Position numbers and translations under genes: made by a program | Assembly: GCA_964430885.1 (NCBI GenBank) | Contig: CAYSHM010000008.1 | Coordinates: forward strand, 1-64,000 | DNA: 64,000 nucleotides | Direction of reading: 5' to 3' | DNA from: an uncultured archaeon | GTDB lineage: Archaea; Thermoplasmatota; Penumbrarchaeia; JASLWR01 | The notes under the pieces: model-generated | What the model was told of the DNA's origin: nothing | Databases searched by the model: none | The model's input: the letters and a program-made list of their open reading frames with translations, nothing else | In this document: positions 48,292 to 58,579 of the stretch, one piece after another | Numbering within the stretch: position 1 is the first letter of the stretch | How the letters are laid out: each line of letters starts with the position of its first letter

Positions 48292-51200
48292 TTGAAGAAA
48301 AGAACACTGTTTTTAATAGTGGTATCAGGATTATTGCTGATCAGCATCTCTTTGAACCATGTCAGCTTCGGTTTGAATGCAAGCATCCATAATGATTCCA
48401 ATGTCGTTGTGGATACTGACAACAAGGCAGAATACCTATACAAAAGCCGGATCAATGAATCCTATCTAAGTATAAGCGAGAACACTGTAACACTGGGACC
48501 CGAGGACAGCGGTAACTTCACTGGCATATGGGTTCACGGTACTGGCACACTCATTCTAAACGGATGTGAATTGAATATTGTTCAGGATGAGGGGCATTAC
48601 GGTGAGTTCAATGTCACTGGTGACGGCAGCCTTAGCATCCTTGGCGGATCAAAGATTCATATCAACAAAGGCAACTTCTCGTTCAGAGGCCGAAACTTTG
48701 AGATGGCCGGAGATTCAGTGATCAAAGTTACAAATATCACAGGGGGCCAGACCGGAGATCCCCAGGGTTACGGGCTTGAGAGGGACGGAAGACTGGGGAA
48801 CAATTCTGTTGTGGAGATCATCTCAAAAGAACCTATCACCATCAGCGGCTCGGAGATATACAGCTACGGCGGGGGAGGTGGAAACGGTGCACCAGGATTG
48901 AACGAAGAACTTAAGGATGGTGGAAGAGGCGGTGAAGGAGGGGTAGGTAAAATCATAGTGGAAGGACCCCAGATCAATATAATTGAAAACTCCGTATTGA
49001 AGGCCGTAGGTGGAGACGGCGGAAAGGGCGGTGAAAGAGCTTTCGGGTCTGAACAGGGCAGAGGAGGAGACGGGGCCAAAGGCGGATTCGGAGAGGTAAT
49101 CATTCAAACAAAGACCAAACAAATGGTCGACCCAAAAATTGGACTTTATTCTTCTGAGATAAATGCCAGCGGAGGTGTCGGAGGAGAAGCATCCAATGTA
49201 ATAGGCGATGAGCTTCTCGGAGACGGCGGAGACGGCGGAAATACAAACATGCTGATACATGCCCATAACGACATAACCTTCAGCGATTGTACGATATATT
49301 CCCTGGGTGGAGTGGAAGGTAGAGGTGCGGGGGGCGATGGCGTAGCCGGATATGATGACCTGATAATGAGGAGCGAACTGAACGTTGCTACTGGGTCCGA
49401 TACATTGATCCGGATATCCAAGGATTCCTTCGGTATTGACTGTCCTTCTGGTGAGAACGAATTGAACAACGTACTCATACTTGACGGGACTGGTGGTCAG
49501 GTCAGGCCCTTCAGTGAAAGGGAATCGGTCATAATAATCAAATGGGATGTGAATGTCCATGTGATAGATGACTACCAGAGGGAACCGATTTCAAATGCAG
49601 AGGTGGAGGTCTTCATCAAAGATGACGATGACAGCTGGGACAGTGTAGGAGCAGAGAACACGGATTCATCAGGCAACGTTCTCTTCGAGAATGTGGAAGC
49701 AAGAAAGATCAAGGGTAATGAACTTGGTCAGGATCAGACTGTAAGGATCATTGTTAGAAAACACGCTTATGAAACTCAAGCATCAGTTCCACTCTCCAGA
49801 TCCGTTAAGAAAACTATGATACTGAAGATCCTGAGTCTTGAGATCTCCAAGATATACTACAGGAGCGCTCTAATGGGGAGCGACGGGCTGCTTAAAATTT
49901 CCGAATCCAACATCAGGGGCGGCCAGGAGATAGGAGGTATAATCTACATTAACGGGACAGCTAGCCTGGAGAACGCAGGCTCATCGGCCTATATAACCGG
50001 CGTCACCGTTGCCATCAACGATGGAAAAGCTCAGACCGTAACTGATACAAGTCAGAATCGTGATTGGTCCGAATGGAGCTTCATTCTGGAGACCGCCCAG
50101 TTATCCGGCAAAGGGTCCAAGTCAAAACTGACAAAGCTGTATGATGATGAGACCTTGATCCTGGAGTTCGAGGTATCAGAGAACAACGATTTCCTAACAG
50201 GTATTCAGCTGCCCATACACATCAACCAGAGCAATCTGAACAATCCTCCTTATTGCGAGATCATTTCCATAAACGACCTTGAGGTCGACCCCGAGACAGA
50301 GTTCGAGGTCAAGATGCCTCCGGAGAAGCAGACCACAGTGGTAATTAAGGGAGAATACTTCGACCTAGATAACGGTGATAGAGTTTCGGTGAACAACGTT
50401 CGGCTTTCGGTCCAATCAGTGGGTAAGGATGACCGGACCCCGATCTCAAACCTGGAGAACACGAAAGTTCAGAAATCCGATGAGAACAGCGGCACATGGG
50501 AAGTAACCTGGGAACTGAAAACCGCCAATTTCCAGCCAGGATCATATATAATGTCCATTGATGTAATGGATAATTCCAAATCAAATCCCTACAATGCATC
50601 GGACAGCGATCACTTCCAACTTATAGATATTCCTTTCAAGATCATACTGGAATCCCCGCCTTCAGCAACAATAGATACTATAGCCGGCGAGAAACTGGAA
50701 ACATACTGGTCTGATGATGAGGACATACATATTATTGACACTAATACAGCTGTGGGAGAGAAAAGAATAACCCTGGCATTTGTAGGCAATGGTTTCCATA
50801 ATGACCCCAATGTGGAAGGGGGATTCAAATATACTTGGAAAGTTCTTAACAAGATTACCGCAAAGGAAGTAAATCTAGGCGATAAGGCGTCCTTAAATAA
50901 TCCCACGCTTTCATTTTCTATTGGAGAGAACGAAGAATATGCCGAGTTCGAAGTATCATTGAAGGTCTCAGACAGCAGGAGTTATTCCAGTGCTTATACC
51001 GAGAATAATAAGGTACTGATAAAACTTCATTACCAAGCACCCCCCCCAAAGACAAAGGGGTTCATGGGTGATATCGATGTAATTAGCTTATTTATTACAG
51101 GCGAGGACGGTGAGCATGATGACGGCGACGTTCTGCTAATCGGTCTCGTTGTGATATATATCCTCGTCGCTCTGTTATTGATCAGAAAGCACAAAGCTAT

Positions 51201-51894
51201 ACAGAAGAGAGTGGGTACACGTCTGAAAAACGCCAAACTCAAGATAGAACAGAAACGAAGGCAGGAAGAGATGGAGAAGGAGAAGAAAAAGAAGAAGCTG
51301 AGCCTTGCGGAGCTTGGAGGAAGGATTGACGGAAAAAGATATGTTGCCCAGGGAGCGGGGTCCCAGGATTACAACAGAATGGGATACGGCGATGTTACCC
51401 TGGCAACCACAGTGCAGCAGGGGCCATCGGCACCCTATCCAACCCAACCCCAGGAAGCCCCGGCAGCACAGCCATCAGAAGAAGAGGTTGTGGATTTTAT
51501 GGCCGGACCGGCCCCGGAATCGGCACCTCCTGAAATACCCCCGGAAGAACCTGCTGCTCCGGTACCAGCTATTGTTTCATCCACACCTCCGCCAGTTGAT
51601 GATGAACCTGAACCTCCTGCAGTCGCTCCGGTTCAGACAACTGCCCCTGTTACAGCAACTGCTCCAACCACTACAGCTCCGGTACAGACAACTGGTCCAG
51701 TAACCACTATGAGACCCGTCACATCCACGGTAGTGACCACAGCGCCGGTTACAACCACGGCTCCAGTTCAGACAACAGCTCCCGCCGCAGCACCGCAGCA
51801 ACAGACGGCTGATCAGGGAAATAAATGCTCAAAATGCGGTGCGGATGTGAAACCTAACTGGTTCATCTGCCCAAACTGCAAGAATATGCTCTGA
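48292..51894 (+). CDS. Large surface protein: Gly-rich repeat domain, Ig-like domains, TM anchor, Pro/Thr-rich tail and terminal zinc ribbon
   Basis: TTG start after AGGTGG, signal peptide, GGxGGxGG repeats, TM LLIGLVVIYILVALLLI, TTAPV repeats, CSKC...CPNC. Confidence 0.82.
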   Translation: MKKRTLFLIVVSGLLLISISLNHVSFGLNASIHNDSNVVVDTDNKAEYLYKSRINESYLSISENTVTLGPEDSGNFTGIWVHGTGTLILNGCELNIVQDEGHYGEFNVTGDGSLSILGGSKIHINKGNFSFRGRNFEMAGDSVIKVTNITGGQTGDPQGYGLERDGRLGNNSVVEIISKEPITISGSEIYSYGGGGGNGAPGLNEELKDGGRGGEGGVGKIIVEGPQINIIENSVLKAVGGDGGKGGERAFGSEQGRGGDGAKGGFGEVIIQTKTKQMVDPKIGLYSSEINASGGVGGEASNVIGDELLGDGGDGGNTNMLIHAHNDITFSDCTIYSLGGVEGRGAGGDGVAGYDDLIMRSELNVATGSDTLIRISKDSFGIDCPSGENELNNVLILDGTGGQVRPFSERESVIIIKWDVNVHVIDDYQREPISNAEVEVFIKDDDDSWDSVGAENTDSSGNVLFENVEARKIKGNELGQDQTVRIIVRKHAYETQASVPLSRSVKKTMILKILSLEISKIYYRSALMGSDGLLKISESNIRGGQEIGGIIYINGTASLENAGSSAYITGVTVAINDGKAQTVTDTSQNRDWSEWSFILETAQLSGKGSKSKLTKLYDDETLILEFEVSENNDFLTGIQLPIHINQSNLNNPPYCEIISINDLEVDPETEFEVKMPPEKQTTVVIKGEYFDLDNGDRVSVNNVRLSVQSVGKDDRTPISNLENTKVQKSDENSGTWEVTWELKTANFQPGSYIMSIDVMDNSKSNPYNASDSDHFQLIDIPFKIILESPPSATIDTIAGEKLETYWSDDEDIHIIDTNTAVGEKRITLAFVGNGFHNDPNVEGGFKYTWKVLNKITAKEVNLGDKASLNNPTLSFSIGENEEYAEFEVSLKVSDSRSYSSAYTENNKVLIKLHYQAPPPKTKGFMGDIDVISLFITGEDGEHDDGDVLLIGLVVIYILVALLLIRKHKAIQKRVGTRLKNAKLKIEQKRRQEEMEKEKKKKKLSLAELGGRIDGKRYVAQGAGSQDYNRMGYGDVTLATTVQQGPSAPYPTQPQEAPAAQPSEEEVVDFMAGPAPESAPPEIPPEEPAAPVPAIVSSTPPPVDDEPEPPAVAPVQTTAPVTATAPTTTAPVQTTGPVTTMRPVTSTVVTTAPVTTTAPVQTTAPAAAPQQQTADQGNKCSKCGADVKPNWFICPNCKNML
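51625..51783 (+). repeat. Degenerate coding repeat (APVQTT/TTAPV)
   Basis: APVQTTAPVTATAPTTTAPVQTTGPVTT...TTAPVTTTAPVQTTAP; GCTCC(G/A)GT(T/A)CAGACAAC recurs three times. Confidence 0.75.
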
Positions 51895-52110
51895 GTGTCA
51901 GAATGAAGATACAGCATGGATTGCACAAATGAACTTTTCATAATTAAGCTCCTAGCTTATGTTCATAGGGCCATGCTTTGTTATCTGCCATTATATAATA
52001 TTATATTTAGAATTATTACAATACACCCATGACCTGGGCGTCAGACAGTAAACCAAAGCAAATATTCAGTCTTTTAAATGGGATCATTTACATTACAATC
52101 GAGGACTCAA

Positions 52111-52731
52111 ATGAAGGTTATTGCCATCGCTGGAATGCCCGGGGCCGGTAAGAGCACGCTAATCAATGAGGGAATCAAAAGGGGTGCTTACTCCATTAGG
52201 ATGGGCGACCTTGTTATCGAAGAGGTCAATAGATTGGGCCTTGAGATAACCGATTCGAATGTTGGCCATGTGGCTGATAAGGTAAGACAAGAGCACAGGG
52301 CCAAACTATACGGCAACCGTATCCCCCTGGAACTATTTGATGTAGAGATACAGAAAATAATGGAGCACGAAGGTTACGGGATCTGGGCAAAGAAGACGGT
52401 TGAAAAGATCAAGAAGGAAAGCAAGAGCGAACTGGTTCTTATAGACGGTGTGCGGGGAAACAAGGAGATCGACATCTTCAGGACATATTTCAATAATTTT
52501 GTAACCCTATCAATTTTTTCATCCAGAAAGGACAGATTGGAGAGGATATTGAGAAGGAGCAGGGAAGATGACATATCGGGCCTCGGGGATCTTAAGGGGC
52601 GTGACCGGAGGGAATTGTCATGGGGCCTCGGCAAGGTAATTGCCATGTCGGACCATATGATAATAAATGACTGCTCATTCAAGGAATTCCATAAGCGCAT
52701 TAAAGATTTTTTCCGCAAGATTATTAAGTGA
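52111..52731 (+). CDS. UPF0200 P-loop NMP-kinase-fold protein (dephospho-CoA kinase-like)
   Basis: MKVIAIAGMPGAGKS, RMGD, GIWA, IDGVRG, RDRRELSWGLG. GAGGA SD before 52111. Confidence 0.85.
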   Translation: MKVIAIAGMPGAGKSTLINEGIKRGAYSIRMGDLVIEEVNRLGLEITDSNVGHVADKVRQEHRAKLYGNRIPLELFDVEIQKIMEHEGYGIWAKKTVEKIKKESKSELVLIDGVRGNKEIDIFRTYFNNFVTLSIFSSRKDRLERILRRSREDDISGLGDLKGRDRRELSWGLGKVIAMSDHMIINDCSFKEFHKRIKDFFRKIIK

Positions 52732-52787
52732 ACCCCAAAACTATCCGAAAGGATATGGTGATTTCTAGATACCTAAGAATCTTGTGA

Positions 52788-55700
52788 ATGGTAGAGAGCC
52801 ATAGAGGCGGTACAATGCTGCATGAACACAAGTATGATCATAGATATAATGGAAAAGAAAAGAGCCGAACATCCCTTTTCAGGGTCTTTAGAATAACTGC
52901 TTTTTATTCAGTTATTTTTCTGCTCTTATCAAACTTCCTGTTTATTGGACTGTCAATAGACCATAAGGACACCTACAGGGCTTCTGTTAAGGGCGATATC
53001 AAGTGTGATAAAAAGATCATACAAATAGCTGATGAACAAGACCTGAAAACTGCCGCTAGGTCCCGTGATGGAAACAGCAATGATTGGAGCATGTTCGGAA
53101 AGGATAGTAACCATACATTCTTCACCAGCTCCCCAGGTCCTGTAAATGGTGACCTCCTCTGGTCATTCGATATGAAAGAACTCTCCGGGCAGACTGCTGC
53201 TGATGTTGTTTCTTCACCTGTAGTGGTGAACGATACGGTCTACGTCTGCTCCTCTAATTATTTCATGGCCGCCTTCGATATTGATAACGGCAACCTGAAG
53301 TGGGAGACCTATCTTGAGAACCGAATACGCTCCACACCTGCCTACCATGACGGTGAGCTGTTCGTTGCAGCATACAACAAGGTATGGAAGGTCAATGCAC
53401 TCAACGGATCAAAACAGCTTCTATTCCAGACCCCGAAGGAGATAAGCAGTTCCCCGGTGATCTACAATGAAACCATATACATTTCCACACTTTTCTCCGG
53501 CAGCAGAATGTACGCCCTCAATATATCCGGAGAGGAGAAATGGAATATCTCCATGGGTGATTCTCTGTGGGGAACCCCCGGCACACCGGCTCTGTCTGGG
53601 GGTGTGCTGTACATTGGAAGCGCCAACGGATGGTTCTATGCACTGGACTCCGATGGTTTATATAATGGAGACCAAGGAACACTGGATAATGGTGACGGAA
53701 ACCAGGCAGATATTATTTGGAGTGTGAACATATCAAGAGAGATAATGGCATCACCAACCATAGTAGAGGATTCTGTGATTTTCGGAACCTTCAGTGATCA
53801 AAAAACAAATCGCCTATATTCCCTTTATCTGAGCAATGGTACTGAGAAATGGAACACGAGTACTGCCGCAAGAGTACAATCCACCGCTTCCTACTCACCT
53901 GATACTGAGCTGCTGTATCTGGGTACCTACGGGGACGGACTCAAGGCAATTGACGCTCAAACAGGCAGTACTGCATGGACATTCGATACAAAGGGAGAGT
54001 CCATCCTGTCATCACCAGCCGTATCCAATGGGGTGGTGTACTTCGGCTGTTTCGATAACAGGTTATACGCTGTGGATTCCCAGGGAAACCAGAATGGTTC
54101 TGCAGACGAACACTGGAACTTCACAACCATGGACATCATACATTCAAGTCCTGCGGTATCCAGGGGAAGGGTTTTTATTGGAAGCAACGATGATCGCATA
54201 TATACAATAGGTGCGCCTGACCTTGCGGTTTACCCGGCTGAGATTGTGATCTCTGACCTGCATCCGTTCCCCCGGGAAAGGGTATCCATTGAAGCCAACA
54301 TATCCAATCGGGGTTCGTTGGACACTCAATCCCTAATAGAGATCGCGGCCAAGGACCGTTATAACAATACTGTACATAGTATTTATTCAGAAATGCATCT
54401 TGTCGAGAGAGGTGCATCCCTGAAGATATCCGCCCACTGGAGAATACTGGACAACCCGCTGCACGTCTGGAACATATGGGTAACTGCAACTAACTTCAGC
54501 CATTCCGAGCCTAAGCAGAATAATAATCTGGCCAAGTTGGAATTGACCGTATCAACTGAGCTGAGGGATTACTGGAGTATGTCCGGGGGCGGAGCCGATC
54601 ATGCGTTCTATCAATCCAATGCTCCTGAGAAGAACAACACGTTATGGAAAAAAGAGCTGGATGAGGTGCTGGATTCTCCTATTATCTATAGGGACAACGC
54701 CGTGATCAATTCAAATGAAGGAAATATCAAATGCATATCATTGCTCACTGGTCAGTGGAAATGGAATCTGACCTTGGGTGAGACCCCCGCCGGCCTTCCT
54801 GCAGCCGGTTACGGAAAAGTTTTTATTTCCACATCACAACACCTTTATGCCCTGGATATTGACGGGCTGGAGAACGGTAACAGTGGTATTGTCATGGGAA
54901 CCCATGAAGATCAGGGCGCGGACATCCTATGGAGAGCAGATCTTCCCGAAGGTCCCACAGGCGATATTATACTTGCAGGGGGATTAATCGGCCTGATCCT
55001 GGGTGATTCCCTGCTGTTCATTGATGAGGATTCCGGCCTTTTGGAGAAGGAGCTGGACCTTTCAGCGGATATCACAACCAACATGGTAGCTGCGGAAAAT
55101 TACTTCATCTACGGAGACAGCGGCAGGTCCATCTATGCCCTCCATATGGATAATTTCACCCAAGCTTGGAGTCGAGAGATAACAAACACATCCGAAATAT
55201 CGGGAATTCTTTGGCCCGGTTCCAAGGAGATCATCATAACAACGGACCACAAATGCCAGGGTTTGGACCTTTATTCTGGTAATATCTCCTGGGCCTATTA
55301 TTCCCTGGATACTATCACAACCCATCCAGCCTACTCAGCGCAAACTGGAGCGGTTTATTTCATCACGGAAACAAAGGAGATCATCAAGTTATCATTATCC
55401 GGTGAGGAATTGGACAGAATGGTCTATCACCATGATCATGCAGTATCTCTCGCTACCGGTGGTAATTCCATTCATATCTCCACTGTGTCTGGGAACATTA
55501 TAATGCTTAAAGATTTCGATGTTATTAGGGGAAGAGGTATAGGTGACGGAAACGACACAGGCCTGGTAATGAAATGGAGCTACTCTACAAGCGGGGATCT
55601 AACCCCAGAGATGGCTTTGGACGAGGTGCTTCTTGTCACTTCATCAAAGGGTCATATTTACTGTATCGGAGGAAGGAACCAGAAACCGGTGGCTACCATC

Positions 55701-57353
55701 GACCAGCCCGAAGCCAGGTCCAACCACTTTCTTGGAGATGAAGTGACCGTAAACGCTACTGGATCCTGGGACCCTGACGGGGACCGGCTGTGCTACAGCT
55801 GGGTAAGCAGTCTTGACGGTGAACTGTATTCTGGATACGACGCTAAAACATCAGTCAAATTCCAAACCGCCGGCAGCCACAATCTTACCCTGGTGGTGGA
55901 TGACGGTTACCAGGGCGTATCCAGGGTATGGAAGGAGATAAGTATATTCCAAAGGCAGCGCATTGTCAAGAATATGGAGATGAACTGCTGCAGTTCCAAT
56001 CTTTCCCTGACAGCCGAGATCGGAGGAACTGAACCTGATTTCATCCTCAAGGAGACAGGCAATCCGTCGAGTATAAGGGACAGGGATATTGGGATATTCT
56101 TCAGTATTTCGAAGATTAACATTACAATACTGGACTGGATAGAACTGAAGCTACGCCTTGATCTGACCAAGATACCATTTGAGATCAACCCTTCCCAACT
56201 GTCCTTTTTCAATCATAAGATCAATGAAACCTGGGAACTGATACCGTCCCATGTGGATGTGGGAAACAGCACAATTACGGCCAATATCTCAGACATGAAA
56301 AATATCAATTGGATTAATGATACATCTGTTTTCAGTATAGGGTTCTTCCATAACAACCCTCCCTCCCTTGAAGGGCTGAACATAACCCCCTTGGAAGCAG
56401 GATATGACGAAACTTTCAATCTTTCGGTGGTCTATACGGACCCGGACGGAGACCTACCAATAATAATAATCCTGGTAATCGATGATAATATCTCATTGAT
56501 GATGAAATCCTTGGATTCAGTAAACAATACGCTTCATGGAAAGAGGTATTTCATCACTTTTGACCATCTTCCACCCGGCAATCACACCTACGAAGTTAGA
56601 GCAAATGACGGTGTTCTCTGGATCAGTTCGGGTGTCAGAACGGATCTAATCACTTTCAATCCATGGCCCAATGCGGTGATAACAAACCCCGAAGGTAAAA
56701 ACAAATTGAAGGTTAATGAGATATTGAGACTGGATGCTTCATCCTCATGGGACAGCGATGACAGTGTGATTATGTATATCTGGACCATAAAGGAACTGAA
56801 CTGGACAGAAGTGATAACCTTTAACCTGACCGGACCCCAACTAGAATTTGAATTCACCCAACCGGGCTTATACTCAATTAGTTTGAAGGTGGTTGATTCC
56901 AAAGGTCATGTTTCGAAAACTGCAGTGATTGACAATATATTTGTAGCAGAGGAGAAGGAAACCGCCGATGATTACGGAGAACTGTTATTCTATAGTGCTA
57001 TCGGAGCACTGCTGATACTGGTGATACTGCTTCTTGTTTTCTTCAGGAACAGCAAAAAGAAAGAAGAATCGGGTGAAATCAAGGGAAATGATGGGGAAGG
57101 CGATGATCTGGAATATCCAGGAAAATCTGAAGATCATGATACCGTAGACGATGACAAGAGTTTTGAAGGTGAAGACGGCCTTGGCGATGATGTAGGTAAT
57201 GAGGACCATGGAGAGACGGGCGCAGGGAAAGAGGTTTCAGAACCGGAGGAGAAGGGCCCGGCAGATTCAGGAGAGGAAAATGATTCTGCATATAAAGATG
57301 ATAGCAGTGAGGGAACAGCTGGTAATGAGGATATTAAAAGTGGTGAAACCTGA
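52788..57353 (+). CDS. Membrane-anchored protein with two PQQ-like (BamB-type) beta-propellers, CARDB/Ig and PKD domains
   Basis: WSMFG, repeated SSPAV...VY.G...LYA.D...W blades, PDLAV CARDB-like start, SWDPDGD PKD, C-terminal TM and acidic tail. Confidence 0.85.
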   Translation: MVESHRGGTMLHEHKYDHRYNGKEKSRTSLFRVFRITAFYSVIFLLLSNFLFIGLSIDHKDTYRASVKGDIKCDKKIIQIADEQDLKTAARSRDGNSNDWSMFGKDSNHTFFTSSPGPVNGDLLWSFDMKELSGQTAADVVSSPVVVNDTVYVCSSNYFMAAFDIDNGNLKWETYLENRIRSTPAYHDGELFVAAYNKVWKVNALNGSKQLLFQTPKEISSSPVIYNETIYISTLFSGSRMYALNISGEEKWNISMGDSLWGTPGTPALSGGVLYIGSANGWFYALDSDGLYNGDQGTLDNGDGNQADIIWSVNISREIMASPTIVEDSVIFGTFSDQKTNRLYSLYLSNGTEKWNTSTAARVQSTASYSPDTELLYLGTYGDGLKAIDAQTGSTAWTFDTKGESILSSPAVSNGVVYFGCFDNRLYAVDSQGNQNGSADEHWNFTTMDIIHSSPAVSRGRVFIGSNDDRIYTIGAPDLAVYPAEIVISDLHPFPRERVSIEANISNRGSLDTQSLIEIAAKDRYNNTVHSIYSEMHLVERGASLKISAHWRILDNPLHVWNIWVTATNFSHSEPKQNNNLAKLELTVSTELRDYWSMSGGGADHAFYQSNAPEKNNTLWKKELDEVLDSPIIYRDNAVINSNEGNIKCISLLTGQWKWNLTLGETPAGLPAAGYGKVFISTSQHLYALDIDGLENGNSGIVMGTHEDQGADILWRADLPEGPTGDIILAGGLIGLILGDSLLFIDEDSGLLEKELDLSADITTNMVAAENYFIYGDSGRSIYALHMDNFTQAWSREITNTSEISGILWPGSKEIIITTDHKCQGLDLYSGNISWAYYSLDTITTHPAYSAQTGAVYFITETKEIIKLSLSGEELDRMVYHHDHAVSLATGGNSIHISTVSGNIIMLKDFDVIRGRGIGDGNDTGLVMKWSYSTSGDLTPEMALDEVLLVTSSKGHIYCIGGRNQKPVATIDQPEARSNHFLGDEVTVNATGSWDPDGDRLCYSWVSSLDGELYSGYDAKTSVKFQTAGSHNLTLVVDDGYQGVSRVWKEISIFQRQRIVKNMEMNCCSSNLSLTAEIGGTEPDFILKETGNPSSIRDRDIGIFFSISKINITILDWIELKLRLDLTKIPFEINPSQLSFFNHKINETWELIPSHVDVGNSTITANISDMKNINWINDTSVFSIGFFHNNPPSLEGLNITPLEAGYDETFNLSVVYTDPDGDLPIIIILVIDDNISLMMKSLDSVNNTLHGKRYFITFDHLPPGNHTYEVRANDGVLWISSGVRTDLITFNPWPNAVITNPEGKNKLKVNEILRLDASSSWDSDDSVIMYIWTIKELNWTEVITFNLTGPQLEFEFTQPGLYSISLKVVDSKGHVSKTAVIDNIFVAEEKETADDYGELLFYSAIGALLILVILLLVFFRNSKKKEESGEIKGNDGEGDDLEYPGKSEDHDTVDDDKSFEGEDGLGDDVGNEDHGETGAGKEVSEPEEKGPADSGEENDSAYKDDSSEGTAGNEDIKSGET

Positions 57354-57455
57354 AGGACCATTCAACTGAATTCACCGATGAATTTCTCATCTATCAAATA
57401 ATTCAATCACCCATAAATAAGAACTAAACCTTATACATAAAAGAAGGATGATATC

Positions 57456-57686
57456 ATGGATCTAAAAAAACAAGTTGAAGATATTATTGAAAAAAGGATC
57501 AATCCCGCTCTATCCGTAGACGGGGGAAGCGCCGAACTTGTCAGCGTTGATGATGGTGTGGTCAAGCTCAGAATGAAGGGACATTGTGCAGGATGCCCCA
57601 TGAGACAATACACAATCAGCACTTTCATTCAAAGGACGCTAAAAGAGGAGATTCCCGAAGTCAAATCCGTGGAAGCTGTAGTCTGA
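57456..57686 (+). CDS. NifU C-terminal (Nfu) Fe-S carrier
   Basis: INPALSVDGG, GHCAGCP. Confidence 0.92.
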   Translation: MDLKKQVEDIIEKRINPALSVDGGSAELVSVDDGVVKLRMKGHCAGCPMRQYTISTFIQRTLKEEIPEVKSVEAVV

Positions 57687-57767
57687 TCCATTGTTCATTA
57701 TATTCCGACAAAAGCTCAAAATGCACTCATTTTTTTCAGAGTGAACCTTTCAACTGTGTGAAATATC

Positions 57768-58568
57768 ATGCCTACTGACAAAAAAAATCGTTTGGAAAAA
57801 CTGTTAGCGGATAAAAGCAAGCTTCTGGTATCCTTTTCCGGTGGCGTTGATAGTTCCGTAGTAGCCAAAATAGCCTTGGACAACCTGGGTAAAAAAAACC
57901 TTCTTCTTGTAACAGCTCATACCGATTTCACGGCAAACCGGGATATTGAGGACTCCATGAAGATGGCCAAGGAGATGGACCTTGAGCATATTATTGTGAA
58001 AATCGACATCCTAAATGAAGCTGAAATGAAGGTTAATCCCAGAGAGAGATGCTATCTGTGCAAGAAAAAAATGATAGCAGTTCTGAAAGAAATCGCTAAT
58101 GAAAGAGGTATTGAAATCATTGCTGACGGATTGAACGCCTCAGATACAGGCGAGTACCGACCGGGTATGAAAGCCTCTGATGAGGGAAATATCTGGCATC
58201 CTCTGCTCGAAGCAGACCTGAGGAAGGATGAAATAAGGGAATTGGCGAAAGAACTGGGGCTATGGGTCCATTCCAAACCCAGCGAATCCTGTCTGGCTAC
58301 GCGATTACCCTATGGAGATCCCATCACCAAGGAGAAATTGAAGATGATTGGGGAAGCAGAGGCCATTATCAAGGAAATGGGATTTGAACAGATGCGGGTC
58401 AGGAACCATGATAATATTGCCAGGATAGAGGTGGGTCAGGATGAGATCGTAAGATTCAATGAACCTTCAATAAGGAAAAAGGTTATAAAAGGGCTGAAAA
58501 AGTTGGGATTTGTTTATATCACCCTGGATCTGGAAGGATTCAAGTCAGGCAGTATGGATCAAAGCTGA
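57768..58568 (+). CDS. larE: LarE-family ATP-dependent sulfur transferase
   Basis: SFSGGVDS PP-loop, NPRERCYLCK, DGLNASD, YRPG, KPSESCLATR, RVRNH, TLDLEGFKSGSM. Confidence 0.93.
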   Translation: MPTDKKNRLEKLLADKSKLLVSFSGGVDSSVVAKIALDNLGKKNLLLVTAHTDFTANRDIEDSMKMAKEMDLEHIIVKIDILNEAEMKVNPRERCYLCKKKMIAVLKEIANERGIEIIADGLNASDTGEYRPGMKASDEGNIWHPLLEADLRKDEIRELAKELGLWVHSKPSESCLATRLPYGDPITKEKLKMIGEAEAIIKEMGFEQMRVRNHDNIARIEVGQDEIVRFNEPSIRKKVIKGLKKLGFVYITLDLEGFKSGSMDQS

Positions 58569-58579
58569 GTATTTCATTA

